A stretch of DNA of 64,000 nucleotides. Origin: Deltaproteobacteria bacterium (lineage in GTDB: Bacteria > Desulfobacterota > DSM-4660 > Desulfatiglandales > HGW-15). Below, piece after piece: positions 1-8,124 of this stretch (within the stretch, counting starts at the first letter, position 1; each line of letters opens with the position of its first letter). The position numbers were made by a program, and so were the translations under genes. The stretch is from the NCBI GenBank assembly GCA_016931115.1, contig JAFGFM010000094.1, positions 15,063-79,062 of the forward strand. The letters are read 5' to 3'. Below the pieces are notes generated by a model. It made no database searches, was not told where the DNA came from, and saw only the letters and a list, made by a program, of their open reading frames with translations.

Positions 1-121
1 GTATTTTCTTTATGTCAAGAAAATAAAGAGAAGCAAAATCATGTCATAACAAACCCTAGCGTTATAAGTAGCGGCATTATAATATTATTGAAAAAAAATA
101 GTGTATGCTTTTTAAAAACTA

Positions 122-151
122 TTGACACTGTCGCATGAAGTTATTTATATT
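122..151 (+). promoter_or_regulatory. candidate sigma-70 promoter (TTGACA-N18-TATATT)
   Basis: TTGACA at 122-127 and TATATT at 146-151, read directly. Lies about 90 nt upstream of ATG 241. Confidence 0.4.
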
Positions 152-240
152 CTTTTTCGGTTCACGTCTTTCGTATTTTTTTCCCTGATAGCAGCAGATT
201 GAGATAGAGATAGATTAATTCTATTATAAAGGAGCTAAAC

Positions 241-825
241 ATGAAAAAAAAATTGGTGTTTTTTCTATTTGTATTTATGGTATCGAATTTTGGCATTTGT
301 GCTTTAACCTACGCCGGTGAATGGCGTTTTCCTGTTGGATTGAGCTATTTCAGCGGTTTGGATGATATAGGTGATATCCTTGAAGATAATGAAACGTCTG
401 GATATACTACTGCGGATATTACTGTAATACCAGTTGGAATTACATTCAGACCCTATTATGAATTTGAGAATGGTATGGGTGTTGGCATGGATTTCGGACC
501 AACAATGTTGACTACCGGAGATATTGATTTTTTTAACTTTCCCATAAATGCCACCTTCAGATATTCATTCAATCATGACGGAAATACGAGTCCTTATCTG
601 CGCGCAGGTGTCAGTTATAACATTGTCTCTGGCGATTATAAGGAAGGTAGCAACCCAGGTATTTTTGCAGCAGCTGGCATAGAACTGATGAGAACCAAAA
701 TGATTGGTTTTGGCATTGAAGTGGCCTATGATTCATCTGAAATTGAAATGGAGAACCTGGATTATAGCAGAATTGATGAAATTAAACCAGGTGACTTAAT
801 TTTAACTTTTTCAGTTATTTTTTAA
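241..825 (+). CDS. outer-membrane beta-barrel protein (small OMP family)
   Basis: Signal peptide MKKKLVFFLFVFMVSNFGICALTYA. G/Y/F-rich alternating strands. C-terminus ...LTFSVIF ends in Phe as in OM barrels. RBS aaggag 6 nt upstream. Confidence 0.55.
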   Translation: MKKKLVFFLFVFMVSNFGICALTYAGEWRFPVGLSYFSGLDDIGDILEDNETSGYTTADITVIPVGITFRPYYEFENGMGVGMDFGPTMLTTGDIDFFNFPINATFRYSFNHDGNTSPYLRAGVSYNIVSGDYKEGSNPGIFAAAGIELMRTKMIGFGIEVAYDSSEIEMENLDYSRIDEIKPGDLILTFSVIF

Positions 826-975
826 TTACTTTTAAAAAAATCTGCTGGCATTAAAACACTTGCTCAATCGAAAATGTAATGCACATTTAAATACAACGAT
901 TAGCTAACTTATTAAGCAATCCAGTGTGGATTGAAAATAAGTAAATATTAAATTTTTTCAGGGAATCAGTATTAG

Positions 976-1014
976 CGCCCTTAACTTATTTATAAATAAG
1001 TTAAGGGCGTTTTC
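976..1014 (+). terminator. rho-independent terminator-like hairpin
   Basis: cgcccttaacttattta/taaataagttaagggcg perfect inverted repeat followed by tttt. Lies about 150 nt after the OMP stop. Confidence 0.5.
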
Positions 1015-1070
1015 ATTTAATGGTGTCAGCAAAAAAACAAGGTATTTAGTATATGAATTGTTTATTTATT

Positions 1071-1099
1071 ATGATAAATAATTAAAACTGGATTATAAT
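1071..1099 (+). promoter_or_regulatory. possible sigma-70 promoter for the lipid cluster (weak -35 atgata, perfect -10 tataat)
   Basis: tataat at 1094-1099 with atgata 17 nt upstream. About 45 nt before the fabG-like ATG 1146. Confidence 0.3.
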
Positions 1100-1145
1100 T
1101 GGAATATTTTGTTAATAACTTCATTCTATTTTCCAAAGGATAACT

Positions 1146-1874
1146 ATGTTTAAATCAAAAATAGCCCTGATAACCGGAGGAAGCGGGGGTATTGGTTCTG
1201 CTATTGCTGTTGCACTTGCAAAGAAAGGGTTTGATATCTGGCTCCATTATAATAAGAATCAGGTCAAGGCTGAAAAGATTGCAGAAAATATCATGGAGGC
1301 TGGTGTAAAATGTAGCCTTCTGCAATTCGATGTTACTGATATGAATGCGGTAAAAAGTACCCTCGAACCCCTGCTTGAAGCTGATGTCCCATATGTGCTG
1401 GTAAACAATGCGGGTATAAGCCGTGATGCGCTTATGATATGGATGAGCAGGGAAGAATGGGATGATGTCCTTGCGATCAATCTTGACGGGTTTTTCAATG
1501 TAACAAAAATTGTATTAAACAGCATGCTCCGTAAAAGGGAGGGGAGGATAATCAATATCACCTCCACATCCGGCCAGAATGGCCTTGCAGGCCAGGTCAA
1601 TTACTCTACAGCAAAGGCAGGGTTGATCGGCGCAACAAAGTCTCTTGCAAAAGAGGTTGCAAAGCGTAATGTCCTTGTTAACGCAGTTGCGCCAGGATTT
1701 ATTGAAAGTGAAATGACTGAAAAACTTCCCAAGGATGATATCATTCAAATGATACCTTTAGGCCGTTTTGGTAAACCTGAAGAGGTTGCAGGGATTGTAT
1801 CATTCCTCTGCTCAGAGGATGCATCATATATTACCGGTCAGGTCTTTTCTGTTAATGGCGGCATATACATGTAG
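1146..1874 (+). CDS. fabG: 3-oxoacyl-ACP reductase (SDR, FabG-type ketoreductase)
   Basis: SDR motifs TGGSGGIGSAIA, NNAG and catalytic YSTAKAG (YxxxK). 242 aa, typical FabG length. Confidence 0.9.
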   Translation: MFKSKIALITGGSGGIGSAIAVALAKKGFDIWLHYNKNQVKAEKIAENIMEAGVKCSLLQFDVTDMNAVKSTLEPLLEADVPYVLVNNAGISRDALMIWMSREEWDDVLAINLDGFFNVTKIVLNSMLRKREGRIINITSTSGQNGLAGQVNYSTAKAGLIGATKSLAKEVAKRNVLVNAVAPGFIESEMTEKLPKDDIIQMIPLGRFGKPEEVAGIVSFLCSEDASYITGQVFSVNGGIYM

Positions 1875-1897
1875 ACATCAGGACAGCAGAATATTAA

Positions 1898-3118
1898 ATG
1901 AACAGAGTTGCAATAACAGGTATAGGTATTATCTCCTGTCTCGGTAATAATATCGAGGCTGTTGGAGACTCATTGCGTGAAGGCAGGTCAGGTATTGTTA
2001 TTGATGATATCAGGATTAAGATGGGTTTCCGCAGCCCCTTAACAGGCATGATAAAGGATTTTACACCTGAAGCGTATCTGTCAAGAAAACAGAGAAAGAC
2101 AATGCCTGATTTTGCTGTACAGGCATATGCGGCATCAATGGACGCCATCACCATGTCAGGTCTTGATGAAAAGGCAATCCAGAATCCGGAAACAGGCATC
2201 ATATTTGGATGCGATTCAAGTTGTATTGCCGCTGTTGAACAGGCAGCCCTTTTAAAAGAGACAGGTGAGACCAAATCCATAGGCAGCGGACTTGTTTTTC
2301 GCTCAATGACCTCAACCATAACCATGAACCTGAACACGATCCTTAAAACCAGAGGCGCATGCTGGACAATAAGCTCGGCCTGCTCCAGCGGAGGACATGC
2401 AGTAGGTCAGGCAGCAAACCTTATCGCCCTCGGTCAACAGGAACGTATTATCTGTGGTGGGGCACAGGAGATAAACTGGGAATCCATGTGCAGCTTTGAC
2501 GGTCTTGGCGCATTTTCTGCCAATATCAAAAATCCTGCGGCTGCAAGCAGACCCTTTGACATAAACAGGGATGGGCTTGTCCCGGGCGGAGGCGCAGCAG
2601 CAATTATACTTGAACGATATGATCTTGCCAGAAAAAGGGGTGCAAAGATTCTGGGTGAAATCAGGGGTTACGGCTTTTCCTCTGATGGCTCAAACCTCTC
2701 TGTTCCTGATAGTGATGGCCTGGCAAGGGCAATGAACATGGCCTTAAAGGGTTCAGGTGTTGTCACTTCAGAAATAGATTATATATGCGCCCATGCAACA
2801 TCAACACCGGCAGGGGATGCAGCTGAAGGCGCAAATATACTAAAGATATTTAATGAAAAAATACCCTTTATCTCTTCAACAAAATCAATGACAGGCCATG
2901 AATTATGGATGTCAGGTGCCTCACAGGTTGTCTATTCTGTTATTATGGCGCAGCAGAGTTTTATTGCCCCGAATATCAATTTTGAAAATCCCGACGAAGG
3001 CTTTGAAAGACTTAATATAGTCAGGGAAACAATAGAATTTGCACCCGGGAACATTCTATGCAATTCAGCGGGATTCGGCGGGACCAATTCCTGCCTGGTT
3101 ATACGAGTCGATCAATGA
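1898..3118 (+). CDS. beta-ketoacyl-ACP synthase (KS-1, FabF/FabB-like, Cys-His-His)
   Basis: Active-site SSACSSGGHA. His motifs HATSTPAGD and TGHELW. C-terminal NSAGFGGTNSCLVI. Confidence 0.9.
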   Translation: MNRVAITGIGIISCLGNNIEAVGDSLREGRSGIVIDDIRIKMGFRSPLTGMIKDFTPEAYLSRKQRKTMPDFAVQAYAASMDAITMSGLDEKAIQNPETGIIFGCDSSCIAAVEQAALLKETGETKSIGSGLVFRSMTSTITMNLNTILKTRGACWTISSACSSGGHAVGQAANLIALGQQERIICGGAQEINWESMCSFDGLGAFSANIKNPAAASRPFDINRDGLVPGGGAAAIILERYDLARKRGAKILGEIRGYGFSSDGSNLSVPDSDGLARAMNMALKGSGVVTSEIDYICAHATSTPAGDAAEGANILKIFNEKIPFISSTKSMTGHELWMSGASQVVYSVIMAQQSFIAPNINFENPDEGFERLNIVRETIEFAPGNILCNSAGFGGTNSCLVIRVDQ

Positions 3119-4617
3119 CCTATGATTGTGCAGTCATAGGCGCAGGTCTATCAGGGCTTGCCTCTGCTATCATCCTTTCAAAAAATGGCCTTAAAACCGC
3201 CCTGATAGAAAAATCATCCAGAACAGCCCCCCTGGTAAGGGGATTTAAAAGAGAAGGTCATTATTTTGATACCGGGTTTCATCATGCAGGGGGTATTAAT
3301 GAAGGTAGTACCGGCAGACTCATGCTTGATTATCTCGGCATTTCACAGCACCTTAACGTGGTCTCATCTAATAGTAATTATACCGATATGGTTAGATTCA
3401 GGGACTCCTCATTTGAATTCAGGTTTCCTGTCGGGATTAAACAGCTTAAGGATCGACTTGAACAGTTTTTCCCCGGTGATATAAATTTTATAAATAGATA
3501 CATTAATGAGATAAACAGGCAGTGTTCATTACTCCCATTTCTCAACCTGAATGCGGATATCAAGACAATGAATATCCTGGAAAATGTGCATGGTAATAGT
3601 CTTGCAGATTTCTTATCACACAATACAGATAATCCTTATCTTCAATCTGTGCTGACCATACACTCTCTTTTAAATGGAGTCCCTCCCGGCGAGCAGGGGT
3701 TGAATAATTATGCATATATAGTAGGCCCATATTATGAATCGGTAAGCTATATTGAGGGCGGCGGTTCTGCACTTGTGGCGGCATATGAAAAAGCAGCAAA
3801 AGAAAATGGAGTTGATATATTTTTAAACAGAGAGGCTCAAAAACTTATATTTTCATCATCAGGAGAGCTGAAGGGGACAGGTTTTAAAGATGGAGCAGAG
3901 ATCAACGCAAAAAATATAATATCTACAATACACCCTTCACAGCTTATGAATATTGTTCCTGAAAATCTTTTTCGGCCTTCGTATAACAAGAGGATTAAAA
4001 CACTTGATGAGACACCTTCAGCATTTATTCTATATGGCACCTCTGAAATCGATCTTAAAAGATTGATAGGGTCTAATCTCTATCTTGTTCCTGCTGATGG
4101 AAATAATTTTGGTGATTTCAGTAACCCCATTGAAAATCGCCCCATTAATATAATCATCTCAAATGCTGATAAAAAAGAAAATATTTTCCAGTGTATATTT
4201 ATTATGATATGCCCAGCCTCTATAAATGAGGTTGAGCAGTGGGGGAATTCAATCAGGGGAAAACGTCCACAGGGTTATCTGGAGTTCAAGGATAATATTT
4301 GCCGGAGAATGCTGGATTATTTTGTATCATACTACCCGGAACTAAAAGGTAAGATACATGCGGTTGATTTTTCAACCCCATTGACTTTGAAAGACTATTC
4401 AGGCAGCCCATTTGGAAGCATGTATGGCGCAAAACACAGGATAGAACAGTATAACCCTTTTCCCATGACAAGTATAAAGGGTTTGTATCTTGCCGGTCAA
4501 TCTATTGTTGCACCTGGCCTTTTAGGTACACTTATTTCAGCATTTCTGGCATGCGGTAATATACTGGGGCATGATTATCTTAGAGGAGCATTAAAAGTAT
4601 GGAACCAAGAAGAGTAG
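3115..4617 (+). CDS. FAD/NAD(P)-dependent oxidoreductase, phytoene-desaturase (CrtI)-like
   Basis: N-terminal dinucleotide fold MTYDCAVIGAGLSGLASAIIL...IEK. About 500 aa, CrtI-family length. ATG 3115 overlaps the KS-1 stop (ATGA). The track start 3058 lies inside KS-1 and is rejected. Confidence 0.8.
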   Translation: MTYDCAVIGAGLSGLASAIILSKNGLKTALIEKSSRTAPLVRGFKREGHYFDTGFHHAGGINEGSTGRLMLDYLGISQHLNVVSSNSNYTDMVRFRDSSFEFRFPVGIKQLKDRLEQFFPGDINFINRYINEINRQCSLLPFLNLNADIKTMNILENVHGNSLADFLSHNTDNPYLQSVLTIHSLLNGVPPGEQGLNNYAYIVGPYYESVSYIEGGGSALVAAYEKAAKENGVDIFLNREAQKLIFSSSGELKGTGFKDGAEINAKNIISTIHPSQLMNIVPENLFRPSYNKRIKTLDETPSAFILYGTSEIDLKRLIGSNLYLVPADGNNFGDFSNPIENRPINIIISNADKKENIFQCIFIMICPASINEVEQWGNSIRGKRPQGYLEFKDNICRRMLDYFVSYYPELKGKIHAVDFSTPLTLKDYSGSPFGSMYGAKHRIEQYNPFPMTSIKGLYLAGQSIVAPGLLGTLISAFLACGNILGHDYLRGALKVWNQEE

Positions 4618-5834
4618 TTATTACAGGAATGGGTGCTGTCTCACCCTTTGGTCAGGGGAGTGAAATATTCTATGATTCTCTTGTAAAAGGCAGGAGCGGG
4701 ATAATATGTCATCCTGATCTTGCATCCATGGAAGGTGTCCGCTCAATGGTGGCAGGTAAAGTTAAAAATATAGACCCGATGATTATACCCAGAAAGTTTC
4801 GACGTTCCATGTCAGATATGTCAGTCTACTCTGTTCTTGCCTGCCAGGAGGCGCTCTCTATGGCAGGCATTTTTCCGGAAAATTATTCAAATGACAACAT
4901 GGGGATTGTCCTCGGGTCGACAATAAACAGCATTGATACATTTGTTAATTTTTTCAATGATTACTTTGTTAATAAAAACATGGAGAACATGCGATCAACA
5001 ACCTTCTTTAAACTGATGAACCATTCCTGCGCCTTTAATGTCTCACAGGTCTTTGGTTTAAAGGGAAGGGTAATAGCCCCTTCTGCAGCATGTTCCACAG
5101 GTTGTCAGACAGTTGGTATTGGTTATGAGATGATAGCCTTCGGCAAGCAGGACTATATGCTGTGCGGGGGCGCAGATGAATATCATCCCTTTACCACCAT
5201 GTCTTTTGATCTGATCAATGCCGCTTCAACAAGCTATAATGGCTCTCCATCAAAAACCCCGAGGCCATTTGATCGTGACAGGGATGGAATGGTATGCTCT
5301 GAAGGGTGCGGGATACTGCTGCTTGAAACCCTTGAGTCGGCAAAAAAGAGGGGGGCTGAAATATTATCAGAGGTAATAGGGTTTGCCTCAACTGCAAATC
5401 CTGAAAATATCGCAAACCCCAGCGCTGAATCACTGATCGAGTGCATGAAAAAGGCATTGTCTGATGCAAATATATCTCCTCATGATGTTGACTATGTGAA
5501 TGCCCATGCGACTGGCACCATACAGGGAGATATTGAAGAGAGCAGGGCAATATACAGCGTTTTTGGGGGAGGTGTCCCGGTCAGCAGCCTTAAAGGGCAT
5601 ATTGGCCATACAATGGCAGCTAGCGGAAGCCTTGAATTGATTGCCTCTATTCATATGTTAAGAAAAAAAGAGGTAATACCTACCTTAAACCTTGAAAATA
5701 TTGATGATTTATGCAAGATAGTTAATTTTGTTCAATCTCTTGAAAAAAAAGAGATCAAATGTGTTTTAAAAAATAATTTTGCCCTTGGCGGGGTTAATTC
5801 ATGTCTGATAATACGGAGCTGTGAGCATGACTGA
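4599..5834 (+). CDS. beta-ketoacyl-ACP synthase (KS-2, Cys-His-His)
   Basis: PSAACSTGCQTVG active-site Cys. HATGTIQGD and GHIGHTMAASG His motifs. NNFALGGVNSCLII tail. Overlaps the upstream gene by 19 nt. Confidence 0.9.
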   Translation: MEPRRVVITGMGAVSPFGQGSEIFYDSLVKGRSGIICHPDLASMEGVRSMVAGKVKNIDPMIIPRKFRRSMSDMSVYSVLACQEALSMAGIFPENYSNDNMGIVLGSTINSIDTFVNFFNDYFVNKNMENMRSTTFFKLMNHSCAFNVSQVFGLKGRVIAPSAACSTGCQTVGIGYEMIAFGKQDYMLCGGADEYHPFTTMSFDLINAASTSYNGSPSKTPRPFDRDRDGMVCSEGCGILLLETLESAKKRGAEILSEVIGFASTANPENIANPSAESLIECMKKALSDANISPHDVDYVNAHATGTIQGDIEESRAIYSVFGGGVPVSSLKGHIGHTMAASGSLELIASIHMLRKKEVIPTLNLENIDDLCKIVNFVQSLEKKEIKCVLKNNFALGGVNSCLIIRSCEHD

Positions 5835-6090
5835 TGATGAAATTATAGATACCATAAACAGGGCGCTGGTAAAGGAGTTTGAGCTTGATAAAAAAAAGAT
5901 GCTTTCTGATGCCCATCTTTTTGATACCCTTGAACTGGATAGCCTTGATATGGTCGATATGGTTATTGTACTTGAAAATGCCTTCAAATTTAAAATAACC
6001 GAAGAAAAGGAGATCCGTGAAATCAGAACTCTTGGAGACATACATAATTTTGTAATTAAAAAAAGTAATGAGATCAGGAAGGGATCATAA
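5827..6090 (+). CDS. acyl carrier protein (ACP-1)
   Basis: Phosphopantetheine site LELDSLDMVDMV (DSL). 87 aa. ggag lies 8 nt before ATG 5827, while GTG 5821 in the track has no usable RBS spacing. Confidence 0.85.
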   Translation: MTDDEIIDTINRALVKEFELDKKKMLSDAHLFDTLELDSLDMVDMVIVLENAFKFKITEEKEIREIRTLGDIHNFVIKKSNEIRKGS

Positions 6091-6129
6091 TAATCCCTTT
6101 TCATTACCATCCTATGAAAGAAATGATAA

Positions 6130-6882
6130 ATGCCATTTGCAGGAAATTTTTCTATTTTGCTTATAAACCTGACGGTTTTTCCTCTCCTGATACTAATGAC
6201 TTTAGTAGGCATTATCATTTCACCATTTGCCTTTTTATTTTTTAAACTCATCGGAAACCTGGATAGAGTAAAAATCATCAGATATTTTGTATGGATTTAT
6301 GGAAAGGGGTGGCTTGCAATAATAAAACCCTTTACCGGTCTCACAGCCTCTGGTTTCAGAAGGGGAGAAATCCCTACCCCGTGCATAATTGTACTTAATC
6401 ATCTTTCCTTTTTTGATACATTTTTTATGGGAGTCCTTCCCTTCAGCAATGTTTGTTTTGCCCTGCGTTCATGGCCCTTTAAAATGGCCTGGTACCACCC
6501 CTTTATGAAGCTGGCTCAATACCTTGATGTGGAGAGACTTTCATGGGATGAGACACTCACTGCATCAAAGAAGATACTTAATGATGGCGGTGTACTTCTA
6601 CTGTTTCCAGAGGCTCATCGCAGCCGCGACGGCAGGATGGGCCGTTTTTATTCAGGGGCATTCAAGATATCCATCTCAACAAATTATCCGATTGTCCCTC
6701 TATGTATCACTGGTACTGGTGAGCTGTTGCCACCCGGAAGATGGTATCTGAAACCGGCGAAGGTTAAAATAAAGGCCCTTGCCCCTGTATATCCTGATGC
6801 CTTTACCGGTGAGAATGGCCACATTGAGATGCGTAAACATGTAAAAGCGCTTATTGCTGATGAAGTTGAACGAATGAGGTAA
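6130..6882 (+). CDS. 1-acyl-sn-glycerol-3-phosphate / lysophospholipid acyltransferase (PlsC family)
   Basis: HX4D motif NHLSFFDT and FPEAHRSRDG block. N-terminal membrane helices. Confidence 0.8.
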   Translation: MPFAGNFSILLINLTVFPLLILMTLVGIIISPFAFLFFKLIGNLDRVKIIRYFVWIYGKGWLAIIKPFTGLTASGFRRGEIPTPCIIVLNHLSFFDTFFMGVLPFSNVCFALRSWPFKMAWYHPFMKLAQYLDVERLSWDETLTASKKILNDGGVLLLFPEAHRSRDGRMGRFYSGAFKISISTNYPIVPLCITGTGELLPPGRWYLKPAKVKIKALAPVYPDAFTGENGHIEMRKHVKALIADEVERMR

Positions 6883-6892
6883 TTAGATATCA

Positions 6893-7336
6893 ATGAATAT
6901 AGTTACAAAATTACCAATATCTGCCGAGATGCTTGTTCCTCATCGGCCTCCCTTTCTTCTTGTAGATCGGTTGATTGAATTTTCCGGTGTGTCCGGTGTT
7001 GTGGAATCTTATATATCTATGGATAATCTTTTTGTTACAGAAGATGGTCACCTCAAGGAGATCGCCATGGTAGAGATACTTGCACAGTCAGCTGCTGCGG
7101 TTAAAGGCTACAGCGATTTACAGCAGGGTAAAGAGATAAGCATGGGTTTTCTCGTCGATATCAGGGGATTTAACTTTATAAAAAGATGCAATAAGGGTGA
7201 CACAATACAAACCAGGATAGAGATAACAAAGAGCTTTTCCGGTTTTTCTTTAATTAATGGTTCGCTGGTATGTTCAGGGAATGAGATTGCTTCAGGCTCT
7301 ATTAAATTATGGGTACCTGATGACAGTCAAAAATAA
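6893..7336 (+). CDS. hotdog-fold 3-hydroxyacyl-ACP dehydratase (FabZ/FabA-like, DH-1)
   Basis: N-terminal LVPHRPPFLLVDRLIEF, matching the FabZ LPHRYPFLLVDR signature. 147 aa. Confidence 0.8.
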   Translation: MNIVTKLPISAEMLVPHRPPFLLVDRLIEFSGVSGVVESYISMDNLFVTEDGHLKEIAMVEILAQSAAAVKGYSDLQQGKEISMGFLVDIRGFNFIKRCNKGDTIQTRIEITKSFSGFSLINGSLVCSGNEIASGSIKLWVPDDSQK

Positions 7337-7413
7337 GTTTTATTATGATGCGGTCGGGGATAAATCCTGACCCAGCCTATTTTTTCACAGGGTGGCTTTC
7401 TTGAACCATGATG

Positions 7414-7437
7414 TAGAGACAAGGCATGCCTTGTCTC
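7414..7437. repeat. perfect palindromic REP-like element, copy 1 (tagagacaaggcatgccttgtctc)
   Basis: gagacaaggcatgccttgtctc is its own reverse complement. The same core recurs at 13366 and 42155. A nearby hairpin ggtcggggataaatcctgaccc lies at about 7353-7375. Confidence 0.85.
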
Positions 7438-7482
7438 AGAAAGATGATGCTACCTTGTTTCAAACATGAGTGAGAAAAAATT

Positions 7483-8124
7483 ATGCCTAAACACAGAATC
7501 ATATTTTTAACCATTCTTTTTGTTTTCACAGCCTGGATTTCCGGTGATGAACAGGGTGTGTCAGCTGATGAAGTCAAAACAGAGGCAATACTTCTTCGTA
7601 TCAAGCAGGCATCTTCCAATATAGAATCGCTGGAGGGCGATTTTGTCCAGAAGAAGAAACTGGAAATCCTCAAGGATATGCCTGATTCGTATGGCAAACT
7701 ATACTATATGAGCCCGGGCCGCCTTCGATGGGAGATAACCGCGCCTGTGATCATGGGTTTCATAATAAACGGGGAGCATGGTAAAAAATGGCGCGGTAAG
7801 GATGGCAGGTCAATGAAATTTGACCTGAGCAGGGAACCTCTAATTGCAGCGATCTCAAACCAGGTGTTTTCATGGGCAAGAGGTGATTATGAGAGGTTAA
7901 AGGCAGGTTATGATATCTCGATCTTAAGTGAAGAGCCTGTTGAGATAAGACTGAGACCCATTTCGCCTGTGGAGCAAAAATATATAGAATCAATAGACCT
8001 TGCCTTTTCTGAAGAGGAGAGTCATGTAACAAAAATAGAGATAAACGATAAAAAGGGCGGCTCCACACAGATCAGCTTTTCCAATATGAAAATAAACCCC
8101 GGACTTTCAGAGGAAATTTTTTAA
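7483..8124 (+). CDS. LolA-like outer-membrane lipoprotein carrier protein
   Basis: Signal peptide. LolA-like pattern LEGDFVQKKKLEILKDMPDSYGKLYYMSPGRLRWEI. Position next to an MMPL exporter, as in aryl-polyene clusters. Confidence 0.65.
   Translation: MPKHRIIFLTILFVFTAWISGDEQGVSADEVKTEAILLRIKQASSNIESLEGDFVQKKKLEILKDMPDSYGKLYYMSPGRLRWEITAPVIMGFIINGEHGKKWRGKDGRSMKFDLSREPLIAAISNQVFSWARGDYERLKAGYDISILSEEPVEIRLRPISPVEQKYIESIDLAFSEEESHVTKIEINDKKGGSTQISFSNMKINPGLSEEIF

Noticed and set aside
1259-1600. Antisense ORFs inside well-supported genes. Examples: 1259-1600(-), 5799-6278(-), 20365-20760(-), 26884-27312(+), 28811-29440(+), 32728-33318(+), 38894-39379(-), 49228-49914(+), 50906-51367(+), 63402-63872(-).
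   Set aside because: Each lies fully within, and opposite to, a gene with strong family motifs. Their translations are low-complexity (S/L/P/R-rich) with no recognisable motifs. They are typical shadow ORFs.
3058-3114. Upstream-extended starts given by the ORF track: 3058, 12482, 22392, 35766, 57990, 10548, 44432.
   Set aside because: The extensions overlap the preceding gene in another frame or lack RBS spacing. Internal ATGs (3115, 12527, 22413, 35784, 58230, 10554, 44444) coincide with the onset of family homology, with an RBS, or with stop-start coupling.
7377-7697. 106-aa minus-strand ORF spanning the REP element and the start of the LolA-like gene.
   Set aside because: It runs through a palindromic repeat and lies antisense to a supported gene. 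It has no motif support.
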